Below, piece after piece: positions 40,765 through 50,282 of a stretch of DNA of 51,013 nt (position 1 is the stretch's first letter; the number at the start of each line of letters is the position of its first letter). Where the stretch lies: the IMG/VR virus record IMGVR_UViG_2548876959_000011, one strand, 5' to 3'. The translations under genes and the position numbers were made by a program. The notes beneath the pieces were generated by a model. That model was not told where the DNA came from, did not search any database, and was given only the letters and a program-made list of their open reading frames with translations. Source of the stretch: a virus (Duplodnaviria > Heunggongvirae > Uroviricota > Caudoviricetes).

Positions 40765-41343
40765 ATGTTGCGCTTTACTGAGGAAGAGTTTCAGGCTTTT
40801 AGTGAGCGTCGAAATAAGGGGCGGTCCAGGCCAAAAACCAAAAAGGATCCATTCTTATCGCTTGCGCCGGTAAAAGAAGTTTCTCCACATGCGAAGGCAC
40901 TTGCAGCACTGGCAAAGAACCCAGACCTGCGCGACGGAAATTGCGAGCACTTCGAGCAGGTTTTCATTTTTGATTACTTCGAACGCAAGCACCCTGACAT
41001 CTATGATCTGTTGCATGCAACGCCTAACGGAGGGAAGCGTTCAAAAGCAACCGCTGGGAAAATGAAGGCTGAAGGGCAGAAAAAAGGTTATCCGGACATG
41101 AGTCTCGATAAAGCATGCGGTATTTATCACGGCATGCGAATTGAGCTTAAAGAACCAAATGGTAAAGCCCCGACGAAAGAGCAGATCGCCTGGATGCGCA
41201 GGCTTAGAGAGGAAGGCTACTACGTTGTTCTTGCGTATGGTGCAGAACAAGCGATTACCGCCATCCTGGAATACATAAGCCTTAAAAAGGGTGAGGCTAT
41301 TGAGCATGTATTGAACGGCGATAAGTGGTTGTCTGTCGCTTAA
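40765..41343 (+). CDS. VRR-NUC domain nuclease-like protein
   Basis: 192-aa ORF; GYPDMSL...MRIELKEPNGKAPTKEQIAWMRRLREEGYYVVLAYG matches VRR-NUC pattern. Confidence 0.6.
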   Translation: MLRFTEEEFQAFSERRNKGRSRPKTKKDPFLSLAPVKEVSPHAKALAALAKNPDLRDGNCEHFEQVFIFDYFERKHPDIYDLLHATPNGGKRSKATAGKMKAEGQKKGYPDMSLDKACGIYHGMRIELKEPNGKAPTKEQIAWMRRLREEGYYVVLAYGAEQAITAILEYISLKKGEAIEHVLNGDKWLSVA

Positions 41344-41410
41344 AATAATAAATTAATTAGTGCATGTGCACTCTTTGTGGTAGTGCACTTTAACATCGGG
41401 AGAATAATCG

Positions 41411-41565
41411 TGTCATCCAAGGTTAATTATGAGTCGCTGGCATCGGTCATGCCGCGTAATGAACAGGAAACAGATGCTGTAGTGGACCCTGTAATCGCTG
41501 AAATGAATGCTCGCCTGGAGGCTGAATTTGCAGCTGAGAATGAACATACCACCCAGGGCGACTAG
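41411..41565 (+). CDS. small hypothetical protein
   Basis: GTG at 41411 after GGGAG RBS, inside ORF 41377..41565. Confidence 0.3.
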
Positions 41566-42169
41566 GACTGTTTTTTGTGTCGGTAGCGGTCCGTCACTCA
41601 CTCGTGAGGACTGTGCTGCTATAGAAAAAACTGGCTGTTCAATCATCGCGGTTAACAATTCCTGGCAGATGTTCGATGACATTTATGCCTTATACGCCGG
41701 TGATTTGTCATGGTGGAAGCAATACGGATCCACCATACCGGGAGGGAGATTCCGCAAAGTGACAGCCAACCTGGCGGCGGCGAAATCATTTTCGTTGGAG
41801 TACAGGCGATATTGTGGACCGGCGGAAGGGGTAAATAGCGGCGCGCAGGCTATCAGTCTGGCTGCTGAATCAGGGGCTGAAGTAGTGGTATTAGTCGGCT
41901 ATGACTGTTCTCTGCAAAACGGCCTTCATTGGCATGGCGCGCACCCTCAAGCCCTACGGAATCCAACGCAGGTGTCTATTTCAAAATGGCAACAGCAGTT
42001 CCTGGATACCCGCAAAAAACACGCAGATTTACATATTTTGAATGCAAGTAGGAGCAGTGCAATTCAATGTTTCCCAAGAATAAATTTAGAGGCAGTGATC
42101 GCGTTATTATCGTCGGCAGTGGCCCAAGCGCCGCAAACTTTGTTGCGCCGCGCGGAGTGCCGATTATAG
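41507..42169 (+). CDS. DUF115 (MptE/Cst-II-like) family protein, paralog 1
   Basis: N-terminal VFCVGSGPSL...IIAVNN and VVLVGYDCS motifs; start may be at 41540. Confidence 0.45.
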   Translation: MLAWRLNLQLRMNIPPRATRTVFCVGSGPSLTREDCAAIEKTGCSIIAVNNSWQMFDDIYALYAGDLSWWKQYGSTIPGGRFRKVTANLAAAKSFSLEYRRYCGPAEGVNSGAQAISLAAESGAEVVVLVGYDCSLQNGLHWHGAHPQALRNPTQVSISKWQQQFLDTRKKHADLHILNASRSSAIQCFPRINLEAVIALLSSAVAQAPQTLLRRAECRL

Positions 42170-42693
42170 CGGTCAATGGGGCCATCGACTGGCTGAACCG
42201 CGCTTCTTATTTTTTCACACTTGATCCATCGCCAGACAATATGCGGCGCGTTGGTCGTGGCCGCCGTCGCCGTGGTGTTTGTTATTGCATGGCACTACCC
42301 GATGTTAAAGAACGTGAAGTCAGAGATGGCGTTCTGTGCTTCCGTCGTGTGGCTGAACGCGGCATGGAGCCAAACAATACGAATTCTCCCGAGTGGTGGG
42401 CGTGGCGCTGGTCCGCACATTTCGGACTTTGCGAAGATGAGAATGAAATTGCCAGCGGCAATAGTGCATATGGTGCTCTGAACCTGGCTTTCCATATCGG
42501 ATTCAAACATGTCGCCCTGGTGGGCGTTGACGCTACACAAGAACCACGCGTTCACTCCGGCGGCACGCCAAAAAATCTAAGTCACCTGCCTTTGTTATTC
42601 CAGTCTGCGCGTGAACGGATTGACGTTGTTTCATGCGGGAAAATGGGAGGTATTCCGCAGATGACTCTTAAAGAATGGCTGAAGAATACATGA
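42067..42693 (+). CDS. DUF115 (MptE/Cst-II-like) family protein, paralog 2
   Basis: N-terminal [10 protein letters not shown]...IIAVNG and VALVGVDAT motifs paralleling the upstream ORF. Confidence 0.45.
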   Translation: MFPKNKFRGSDRVIIVGSGPSAANFVAPRGVPIIAVNGAIDWLNRASYFFTLDPSPDNMRRVGRGRRRRGVCYCMALPDVKEREVRDGVLCFRRVAERGMEPNNTNSPEWWAWRWSAHFGLCEDENEIASGNSAYGALNLAFHIGFKHVALVGVDATQEPRVHSGGTPKNLSHLPLLFQSARERIDVVSCGKMGGIPQMTLKEWLKNT

Positions 42694-43367
42694 TGGCACC
42701 CACAATTTATCACCGTATCGACGGTACCAAATACAGGAATGTCTGGGTTGTTGGTGATCTGCATGGTTGCTACACCAGACTGATGTCCGAACTCCATCGT
42801 GTGGATTTTGACCCGGCGCAGGATTTACTGATATCGGTCGGCGACCTTATCGATCGCGGTACTGAAAATGTCGAATGTCTGGAACTATTGCAGATGCCCT
42901 GGTTCAGGGCAGTGATGGGGAACCATGAGCGGCTGATGATTGATGCGTTAAGTCCAGATGGCAACGTGAATAACTGGCTAATGAATGGCGGACAATGGTT
43001 CTTCATGCTGGACACTGATCAGGAAATATTAGCTTGGGCGCTGGTGGAGCTGGTAAAGCGTCTGCCCTATATCATTGAGTTGAACACCGGGCAAGAAACT
43101 ATCGTTATAGCCCATGCCGACTATCCGGATAATGAATACCAATTCGGTAAGGAGGTGCCGCTTTTCAACGTTGTCTGGGCGCGCGAGCGTATCAGTGATT
43201 CGATGGATGATATTGGTGGCGAAATTTCGGGCGCAGATCGTTTTATCTTTGGTCACACTCCGGTGAAAAGCCCGAAGACATTCTGGAATCAGCAGTATAT
43301 CGACACTGGTGCCGTATTTTGCGGAAACCTGACATTGATGAAAGTGAAAGGTGATGGTGCAGCATGA
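42675..43367 (+). CDS. ppp: Ser/Thr protein phosphatase (lambda-PPase / calcineurin-like)
   Basis: Motifs GDLHG, GDLIDRG, GNHE. Confidence 0.85.
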   Translation: MAEEYMMAPTIYHRIDGTKYRNVWVVGDLHGCYTRLMSELHRVDFDPAQDLLISVGDLIDRGTENVECLELLQMPWFRAVMGNHERLMIDALSPDGNVNNWLMNGGQWFFMLDTDQEILAWALVELVKRLPYIIELNTGQETIVIAHADYPDNEYQFGKEVPLFNVVWARERISDSMDDIGGEISGADRFIFGHTPVKSPKTFWNQQYIDTGAVFCGNLTLMKVKGDGAA

Positions 43368-44065
43368 AGATTGCTTTAGTTTTTCGCTCTGGTGGTGACT
43401 ATAACGCTTCCGATGTGCAGTGGCTGGTTAATCAACTGCCAAAAGGCTATGAAATTATTTGCCTGACAGACCTGAAGCGTTTACATGTACCTGGCGTCAA
43501 AGTTGTCCCATTGATCAACCAGTGGCAAAAGTGCCGTGGCTGGTGGGCGAAAATCGAGTTGTTCCGACCGGATATAACCGATGATCTGTTCTATCTGGAT
43601 TTGGACACGGTTATTGCCGGTGATATACGCCCAATCCTAGAGCATCCACCAACCAGCTTCACCATGCTTAGGGATTTTTACCATCCACAATATCGTGGCA
43701 GCGGTGCCCTGTGGATACCAAATAGTGTTAAAGCGCATATCTGGAGTTCATTCTGGCAAGATCCGGAAGGTTGGATTTCTCGTTGTGTCACTACTGAGTG
43801 CTGGGGTGACCAGGGGTTCTTACGAAAGGTTATGGGCGATGATACACCAGCATTTCAGGATCTGTATCCAGGATGGTTTGTAAGTTACAAGGCCGATGTT
43901 GTGGAACCTGGTTCAAAATATGCGAGCGCGCGTTACTCCAGGGGGAATGGGGCATTACCAAAAGACTGCCGAATAATCTTTTTCCACGGCAAACCGCGAC
44001 CTCGCGAAGTGTCAGAGGATTGGCTTCCCCTTATCAGCTCGTTTTTTGAGCGAGAATCAGAATAA
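43364..44065 (+). CDS. GT-A-like glycosyltransferase candidate (DXD motif)
   Basis: 233-aa ORF; [13 protein letters not shown] resembles GT-A DXD region. Confidence 0.4.
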   Translation: MKIALVFRSGGDYNASDVQWLVNQLPKGYEIICLTDLKRLHVPGVKVVPLINQWQKCRGWWAKIELFRPDITDDLFYLDLDTVIAGDIRPILEHPPTSFTMLRDFYHPQYRGSGALWIPNSVKAHIWSSFWQDPEGWISRCVTTECWGDQGFLRKVMGDDTPAFQDLYPGWFVSYKADVVEPGSKYASARYSRGNGALPKDCRIIFFHGKPRPREVSEDWLPLISSFFERESE

Positions 44066-44066
44066 T

Positions 44067-44083
44067 ATTGCTCTAATAATTCC
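44067..44083 (+). promoter_or_regulatory. C1 operator-like half of a palindromic operator pair
   Basis: ATTGCTCTAATAATTCC, 14/17 match. Confidence 0.5.
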
Positions 44084-44115
44084 ATATTTTTAAAACGTGA
44101 TGTACACTCATCACG

Positions 44116-44132
44116 TTTTTTATTAGAGCAAT
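44116..44132 (-). promoter_or_regulatory. C1 operator-like half of a palindromic operator pair (inverted)
   Basis: TTTTTTATTAGAGCAAT; reverse complement 14/17 match. Confidence 0.5.
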
Positions 44133-44146
44133 CTACAAGGTGCACT

Positions 44147-44365
44147 ATGTGGCCATTCCGACGGAAATATCACTACTGGCTGATCGCCTTTGTTACGCCG
44201 ACCGGCGGTATCAGGCATGTCATCACCAGGTATCGCAACAAGAGACTCACTTTAGCCAGAATTTTACAGGCTGCCATAGGTGAGGGACTGGATACAAATT
44301 GCGTAGTCCTTCCACCTTCATACTTAGGAAAAATGACCGAAGCACAAGCTAATACGGAACTTTGA
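44147..44365 (+). CDS. small hypothetical protein
   Basis: 72-aa ORF immediately upstream of the 420-aa ORF. Confidence 0.35.
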   Translation: MWPFRRKYHYWLIAFVTPTGGIRHVITRYRNKRLTLARILQAAIGEGLDTNCVVLPPSYLGKMTEAQANTEL

Positions 44366-44366
44366 A

Positions 44367-45629
44367 ATGAGCACTTCAGCACAAAACCAATCAATCGAAA
44401 ATGTATCTATCCCTGACGTCCTGAATGCCGGTATCCCGGCCATTATCCAGAACATCCGAGCCGCGCAACGCCGCGTTAGTTGTGATGACCTCACAGCGCG
44501 TTTTTTTGATAATGCGGTTCAGTCAGCGGAGATGCTTCACGCACAGCTTATTGATGTTTATAACGCAGAAGCTGATAGCCATAACTCCCTGGTAGATGCA
44601 GCTGAAAATATGCAGTTGGATCTCGGTCTGAAGGGTAAAGAAATTGAAGAGCTTCAGCTGGAAATTGAACATTTGAAACGCCAGCAACAGGACGCGATCG
44701 AAGATGCGACGCATGACGCCAACCAGCGTGCTGATAATGCCGAACGTATAAGCATTGAGCTGGAAACAAAACTCAATGAAATGACCGCGATGGTTGTGCT
44801 GCGGAACTCACAGATTTCAACTCTAAAATCTCAATATAAAGAGATCATGAAACTTGATCCTTTTAACCTTGAGAAACGCTATAACAAAGCCAAAAGCGAG
44901 CGACAGGAACTGCGTAAGCAGATTGTCGACCTTAACCAACAGCTCAAAAAGGCTATTAAAGATGCAAGCGAGGCGCGCGTGGCATTTGCTAATAAGAAAG
45001 CAGAGGTTACCGAGCTGGTTAATGAAAACGCCAAATTTGCGACGCTCAAGAAGGAAATGTATGGCATTACTGAGCGCCGTTTCCCTGCAAGCAAACTCCA
45101 TCCGACGTTAGGGCAAATCTCATTCTTCCCGCGCCTCCTGGCTTATGGGATCTCATCGCCTAAAGAGTTCAATAACGAGCGTCCTTATATCGTTTCTAAG
45201 CTGGACTTTGCTTATCAGTTCTGCTGCGACATGGGCTATGCCATTGATATCCGGATCAACGAATGGTTGATGCCAAACTTCCAGCCGTTGGCCATTTTCC
45301 GCGAGTTCCAGCCGGAAGGTTGGGTAGAGTTCTTCCATGAATTGATCTGTAAAGAGATGGAAAGCCGCCGCCCGGAACTGGTCCGTCGAGTTGAGTGGGC
45401 GCAAGAGGTTATGTTGGCAGATGCAGAGCTGCCGTTCGAACCGGAATTTATTGATGATCTGGCAGCTAAAGGGCTGCATACCCTGTTTGATGTGGTTACC
45501 CGCCGTCATGAGCAGTTGGTTGTCGAATTGGGTTTAGAGGAAACAGCGGCAAGAAGACTTCTCGATGTTTGCTATGCACGTAGCGATGCATGGGAAAAAG
45601 AGAACGGCGGCACTATTTACGTTCGCTGA
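44367..45629 (+). CDS. coiled-coil hypothetical protein
   Basis: 420-aa ORF; N-terminal half heptad-rich (LKGKEIEELQLEIEHLKRQQ). Confidence 0.5.
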   Translation: MSTSAQNQSIENVSIPDVLNAGIPAIIQNIRAAQRRVSCDDLTARFFDNAVQSAEMLHAQLIDVYNAEADSHNSLVDAAENMQLDLGLKGKEIEELQLEIEHLKRQQQDAIEDATHDANQRADNAERISIELETKLNEMTAMVVLRNSQISTLKSQYKEIMKLDPFNLEKRYNKAKSERQELRKQIVDLNQQLKKAIKDASEARVAFANKKAEVTELVNENAKFATLKKEMYGITERRFPASKLHPTLGQISFFPRLLAYGISSPKEFNNERPYIVSKLDFAYQFCCDMGYAIDIRINEWLMPNFQPLAIFREFQPEGWVEFFHELICKEMESRRPELVRRVEWAQEVMLADAELPFEPEFIDDLAAKGLHTLFDVVTRRHEQLVVELGLEETAARRLLDVCYARSDAWEKENGGTIYVR

Positions 45630-45701
45630 TAGTTACAGTGTCACTTTTAATGCTGGTGGAGTGCGCCCACCAGCATTTTTTTCGTCCAATGAGGAGGGCA
45701 T

Positions 45702-46208
45702 TTGAGTATTTTCAATAAACACGCACACCAGGAACGTCCGTATATCGTCATAGTCGATATTGATGGAACAATATCAGAGGCAACTGAAGACAGACTGCAT
45801 TTGCTTCCGCCACCAGGTAAAGGTGCATTAACAAAGGACTGGAACGAGTTTAATCTCGCCTGTGACACCGATACACCCATCACTCCAGTTATTGATATGG
45901 TGCGCCAGTTATTTAACGTTTACACGGTCTGGTTTGTAACTGGGCGCTGTGAGATCGCAAGGGATAAAACACGAGCCTGGCTGCGGAAGTACGTAACAAA
46001 CGGGGCTGAGCCTTTGCTATCTATGCGTCCTGCCACCGATGACAGAAATGACGGCCCAGCAAAGATTGATCTCCTTAAGAAAATTGGTCTAAGTAAAATC
46101 GCGTTCGCGCTGGAAGATAAGATTGAAGTGGCGCGTATTTTCAGGAGTCACGGCGTACTTACATTCATGGTCAGGGAGTATGAAAATGCGCTTCTTCATC
46201 AACAATAA
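45702..46208 (+). CDS. pap: HAD-superfamily phosphatase (P1 Pap-like)
   Basis: 168-aa ORF; DxDGT motif VIVDIDGTIS. Confidence 0.7.
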   Translation: MSIFNKHAHQERPYIVIVDIDGTISEATEDRLHLLPPPGKGALTKDWNEFNLACDTDTPITPVIDMVRQLFNVYTVWFVTGRCEIARDKTRAWLRKYVTNGAEPLLSMRPATDDRNDGPAKIDLLKKIGLSKIAFALEDKIEVARIFRSHGVLTFMVREYENALLHQQ

Positions 46209-46224
46209 TTGCTCTAATAAATCT
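46208..46224 (+). promoter_or_regulatory. C1 operator-like site overlapping the pap stop codon
   Basis: ATTGCTCTAATAAATCT, 16/17 match. Confidence 0.65.
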
Positions 46225-46306
46225 TGATTTTTAAGACAGGGGAAGTGAAAATAAAAACATGCCGCAAGGCGCGGCATGTATCCAATCAATCACAGGAGCT
46301 GAAAAT

Positions 46307-46393
46307 ATGAACACGGCATTCAAAATCATTATGGCCGCGATCTATTTCTGGCTGTTCTCTATCACTTTTGGCGGCATCGTCGCACATGGGTAA
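46307..46393 (+). CDS. small hydrophobic peptide (28 aa)
   Basis: Hand-translated MNTAFKIIMAAIYFWLFSITFGGIVAHG; AGGAG RBS at 46294-46298. Confidence 0.3.
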   Translation: MNTAFKIIMAAIYFWLFSITFGGIVAHG

Positions 46394-46402
46394 GGGGGAT
46401 GC

Positions 46403-47131
46403 ATGAAAGGCGAAGTGAAAGAGCGCGGCATGATTTTCAACGATGAGATGGTCCGGGCCATCCTCGAAGGAAGGAAAACGCAGACGCGGCGGATAATGAA
46501 AAATCAGCCTGCGGAAGTTGGTCCAGAAGCACCAGTGATGGTTAGAAAAATTGGTGCAGGTTTTCAGTGGTACGGGGCTGATGGTGTAAGCAGTGTTTTC
46601 AATTGCCCATTTGGTATCGTCGGCGATCGAATTTGGGTTCGTGAAACATGGGCGATATTAGGCAATGAGGATGGTTGCAGTGTGGACTGGAACGACAACC
46701 TTTGTCGTGGCGATGAGAAGAACGCAGCAAGGATTTATCGGGCCAGTTGCGAGCAAAAACCTGGTGATTACGGCTTATGGTCGATACCCGATGATGCCGA
46801 CTGGAAACCTCACACTGTGAATGAAAAGTTTGATGGTGGGTGGCGTCCATCAATTCACATGCCGCGATGGGCATCACGCATTCTGTTGGAAATTACCAAC
46901 GTGCGCGTTGAACGGTTGAACGATATCAGCGAATGCGATGCAAGGGCTGAGGGCGTTCCGCCTGCTGGAAGTTTGCTTCCTGATCACCCGGGAACATTCC
47001 TTACTCCCAAGGGGGATTTCGCAATGGCCAAGGTTGCGTTCCAGCGCCTATGGGAATCCATCTATGGTGAAGAAAGCTGGAACGCTAATCCCTGGGTGTG
47101 GGTAATCGAGTTTAAGCGCATTCAGGAATAA
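46403..47131 (+). CDS. hypothetical protein, possibly ASCH-like
   Basis: 242-aa ORF; N-terminal MIFNDEMVRAILEGRKTQTRR. Confidence 0.45.
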   Translation: MKGEVKERGMIFNDEMVRAILEGRKTQTRRIMKNQPAEVGPEAPVMVRKIGAGFQWYGADGVSSVFNCPFGIVGDRIWVRETWAILGNEDGCSVDWNDNLCRGDEKNAARIYRASCEQKPGDYGLWSIPDDADWKPHTVNEKFDGGWRPSIHMPRWASRILLEITNVRVERLNDISECDARAEGVPPAGSLLPDHPGTFLTPKGDFAMAKVAFQRLWESIYGEESWNANPWVWVIEFKRIQE

Positions 47132-47214
47132 ACCGTGAGTATGCATCAAATCGTCAGTTTTTCAGGTGGACGAGCATCGGCCTGTCTCGTTCATCTGTTC
47201 GAAGAGGTAGTGGC

Positions 47215-47418
47215 ATGACAATCGTAAAAACCCATACCGGCACCGTGATCACCAAAGACGGGCCGCAGGTAAAAAAACTGCACCAAACAGAGCGGATGTG
47301 GGTCGTCGGCAAAAATGAGTTTTACCACAAAGATACCGGACGCCGCCACTTTGCAGAAAATACGCGCCGTCGACTGCTGTTAGACACCATCAAGCCTATC
47401 GAGGTGAAGCATGTTTAA
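47215..47418 (+). CDS. small hypothetical protein
   Basis: 67-aa ORF. Confidence 0.4.
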   Translation: MTIVKTHTGTVITKDGPQVKKLHQTERMWVVGKNEFYHKDTGRRHFAENTRRRLLLDTIKPIEVKHV

Positions 47419-47650
47419 ACAGAACGAAAAAGCTATCGCTCAAATTGCTGATTATATCCCGCGTGCGTGCCGGGGTATGCAGTTGCAGGAAGCCAAAGCG
47501 CGCCTGGAGAAAAAAATTGCGCTCTATATTGATGACGGCTGTGATGCTGCCGTTCTTAACGCGGCGTTCGCACCAGCTCTTAACAGTCATACTCGGGAGT
47601 CTTTTTTTTCGTGCATCGAAGCGCAACTCCGCAAAGGAGGCAGCCAGTGA
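47411..47650 (+). CDS. small hypothetical protein
   Basis: 79-aa ORF ending ...LRKGGSQ, overlapping the next start. Confidence 0.4.
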   Translation: MFKQNEKAIAQIADYIPRACRGMQLQEAKARLEKKIALYIDDGCDAAVLNAAFAPALNSHTRESFFSCIEAQLRKGGSQ

Positions 47651-48348
47651 TCGAAATTAATTACCGGGCACTGCGTGAGATAGCAAAACAGGCAACACAG
47701 GGCGAATGGGTCGCATTTATTTCGCCGGGTACTGGTACGTATGCGGTGCATACGCCCGGTGATAAACGATGTGAAGACGTTATCAAATGGACCGGCTTTG
47801 ATGGACTGAAAAACGCAGAGAACAACGCTCGTTATATTGCCGCATTCAACCCAAAGGTTGCACTGGAGCTACTTGGTGAAATTAAGCGCCTGGAGGACAC
47901 AAATATTGATGCTATGTGCCGAATAGCACCGCTTGAGACTAAGCTCGCGGCTCTGGTGGCAGAGAACGCTGGGCTGAAACACGCAATGGCTGTAACTCTT
48001 GATCATGTGTCGGTCACGGATGCAGGGCAGGCCGGAGTTGCTGCAATGATTATCAACGATGCCCTACACCACAGCGAAACTCCAGCTACCGATGCTTTTC
48101 TGGCGGAAATTCGTGCGGAAGCACGCAACGAGGGGATTAACTATACCGCCAGCCGTCTTGCTGCTGCGTTCAATCACGGATTTATCAATACGTCTTTGCG
48201 TGAAGTTTTCGACGTTACGCGCATGATTCTGTCAGCGAAAGAAGAGTTGGCTAATGAACCGTACCCGATTGATGGCCTGTCCGGTGAATATGCGGAGAAA
48301 TCCCTTGAAGAATGGGCGGAACAGATTCGCAAAGGAGCTGACAAGTGA
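47647..48348 (+). CDS. modular coiled-coil protein
   Basis: GTG at 47647 after AAAGGAGG; N-terminal module VIEINYRALRE and ETPATDAFLAE module are shared with downstream ORFs. Confidence 0.5.
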   Translation: MIEINYRALREIAKQATQGEWVAFISPGTGTYAVHTPGDKRCEDVIKWTGFDGLKNAENNARYIAAFNPKVALELLGEIKRLEDTNIDAMCRIAPLETKLAALVAENAGLKHAMAVTLDHVSVTDAGQAGVAAMIINDALHHSETPATDAFLAEIRAEARNEGINYTASRLAAAFNHGFINTSLREVFDVTRMILSAKEELANEPYPIDGLSGEYAEKSLEEWAEQIRKGADK

Positions 48349-48755
48349 AGAAGATGATTTTTGTCGCGGCATTGTTGGTGAATATCCAACAAGTGCATGC
48401 TTCAGCAGCTATTGTAGCCTCTACCGCCGCGACTACGGCTGCTGTAGCTGCTGCGAACTCTGCGAATATCGCAAACCAACAGGCACAGCGTGCTGCTAAT
48501 GCATCAGCCAGCGTTCACCCAATCACCATTAAGAGCAGTAAGCAAAATCTGGGATTCATAACGTGCGGCACGCGTTCTAATGAAGCTGTAGGCTCTCTGG
48601 GATGTACGGTATATGGCGATAGTGAGCGCAGAGAAATTCCATGGAAAACGTGGCCCGGATACGTTCTCGGATCGAAGCTCCCTGCCAGCTACGAAGTAAA
48701 TGCCGTATCGTTTGATCACTATAACGGCGTGGCAACTGTCTATTTTACATACTGA
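48345..48755 (+). CDS. secreted protein
   Basis: 136-aa ORF; signal peptide MKKMIFVAALLVNIQQVHASAA. Confidence 0.5.
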   Translation: MKKMIFVAALLVNIQQVHASAAIVASTAATTAAVAAANSANIANQQAQRAANASASVHPITIKSSKQNLGFITCGTRSNEAVGSLGCTVYGDSERREIPWKTWPGYVLGSKLPASYEVNAVSFDHYNGVATVYFTY

Positions 48756-48763
48756 GGCTCCGC

Positions 48764-49417
48764 ATGAAATTCTCCAAATTTTCTGAGTTGGTGAATCGTA
48801 TTTTGTTGAATCGTATTTTGTCCAACAACCACAGCCATCGTCGCGATATGGATGTAACGATCGTTGTTCATTCGCCTGGCAGCATTGGTTCAACACCTTC
48901 AGTTGAGGTTCAGTCAATTCATGCTGGTTTTGATTGGGATTCCGGGAAAGTGCTTATTTTCCCAGCACAGCCACTGACCACGCTAACACCAGAGCAGGTT
49001 GCTGATATCACTGATAGTGTGCGCAAAGGTCAGTCTTGGCACGCATATCAGGAATATAAAAAGCATAAAGAGCAGTTGGAAAAATTGTCGATTGAACTGG
49101 ATGCTGCAAAACAGCGCGTAGCAGAACTGGAGGCCAGTCGCGTGACGCTGGCGGAGGAGAACTCGTGGCTGAAGATGCTCATAGAAGATCATGCTGGTTG
49201 TACTGCTGTCTGCCCAAATTGCTCTCATGAAGAACCCAGTGAAACAGACGACATTGTTTGGTCTTACCGTTCACGGGAAACGCCAGCCACCGATGCTTTC
49301 CTGGCTGAAGTCCGGGCGCAGGGCGTGGAGATGTTTGCGGAGTGTGCATACACGCTTGAACATCATGATCACGCAGTAGCCTTCGCCGCTGAGCTTCGCA
49401 AAGGAGGCAACCAGTGA
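48764..49417 (+). CDS. modular coiled-coil protein
   Basis: 217-aa ORF; C-terminal ETPATDAFLAEVRAQ...ELRKGGNQ module. Confidence 0.5.
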   Translation: MKFSKFSELVNRILLNRILSNNHSHRRDMDVTIVVHSPGSIGSTPSVEVQSIHAGFDWDSGKVLIFPAQPLTTLTPEQVADITDSVRKGQSWHAYQEYKKHKEQLEKLSIELDAAKQRVAELEASRVTLAEENSWLKMLIEDHAGCTAVCPNCSHEEPSETDDIVWSYRSRETPATDAFLAEVRAQGVEMFAECAYTLEHHDHAVAFAAELRKGGNQ

Positions 49418-49932
49418 GCGAAATTAATTACCAGGCACTGCGTGAGGCGGCAGAACGTGCAACTCCAGCAATGGAACGCCTGTTAATGTTGCCAGTTGAT
49501 GATGATTTGTTAAGTGAACAGGAACTTAAAGATTACGGTGTGGATATTGATGCGCTCAACGCCTTCAAATTTCTGACCGGACCAGAAACCGTGCTGGCAC
49601 TGCTGGATGAACGGGAAAGAAACCAGCAATACATCAAACGCCGCGACCAGGAGAACGAGGATATTGCGCTAACGGTAGGGAAGCTGCGCGTTGAGCTTGA
49701 AGCAGCAAAATCAAAACTCAACGAGCAGCGTGAATATTACGAGGGAGTAATCGCGGATGGAAGTAAGCGCATAGCAGAACTGGAGGAGCGGGAAATACTG
49801 CTCCCGGAACGTAGCAGCATGCTTCATCGAACAGATTTTCACGATGATTACCAAACGGTAATGGCATACAAAGTTTCTGAAGTCATCGCTGCAATCCGCG
49901 CCGCAGGCATTCGCATCAAAGGAGGTGAGTAA
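49414..49932 (+). CDS. modular coiled-coil protein
   Basis: GTG start after AAAGGAGG; N-terminal SEINYQALREAAERAT module paralogous to the 47647 ORF. Confidence 0.5.
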   Translation: MSEINYQALREAAERATPAMERLLMLPVDDDLLSEQELKDYGVDIDALNAFKFLTGPETVLALLDERERNQQYIKRRDQENEDIALTVGKLRVELEAAKSKLNEQREYYEGVIADGSKRIAELEEREILLPERSSMLHRTDFHDDYQTVMAYKVSEVIAAIRAAGIRIKGGE

Positions 49933-50107
49933 TGCGTGTGGCATGTATCGGCTTGTTACCGTACCCGACTCGTTTTTGGGCTTCTGCGCTAATTGCAAAG
50001 CCGTATGTCCTGATGGCTGACAACATCATCCCGGCACCAAAGCGCCGCCATACCGGTATTGCAGCGGCACGACGAGCAGCAAAGAGACGCAGGAGAGCAA
50101 AGCGATG
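49932..50107 (+). CDS. small basic protein (58 aa)
   Basis: Hand-translated; Arg/Lys-rich C-terminus; stop overlaps next start (ATGA). Confidence 0.3.
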
Positions 50108-50282
50108 AAAAACCGTAAGGCAAAACGACTTTTTTTACAGCGACCTGTGCGTGTGGTGGAGCTGGTTATTAGCAACCATAAGATAGCGGTACTCCATCCA
50201 TTTGGTCAGGTGGCTTTTGCCGCAAAGCGTAAGCCTACTGCGTCACAGAACAGGCGGAAGAAAGGGTACGCTGTAAGATGAA
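50106..50282 (+). CDS. small basic protein, MKNRKAK paralog 1
   Basis: Hand-translated MKNRKAKRLFLQRPVRVVELV...; ATGA overlap with the next ORF. Confidence 0.35.

Noticed and set aside
40440-41400. Late-promoter boxes of the AGTGCACT type (seen at 41383, 44139 and as aagtcactt near 20550)
   Set aside because: I could not recall the consensus for P1 late promoters with confidence and the occurrences are too few and variable to annotate.
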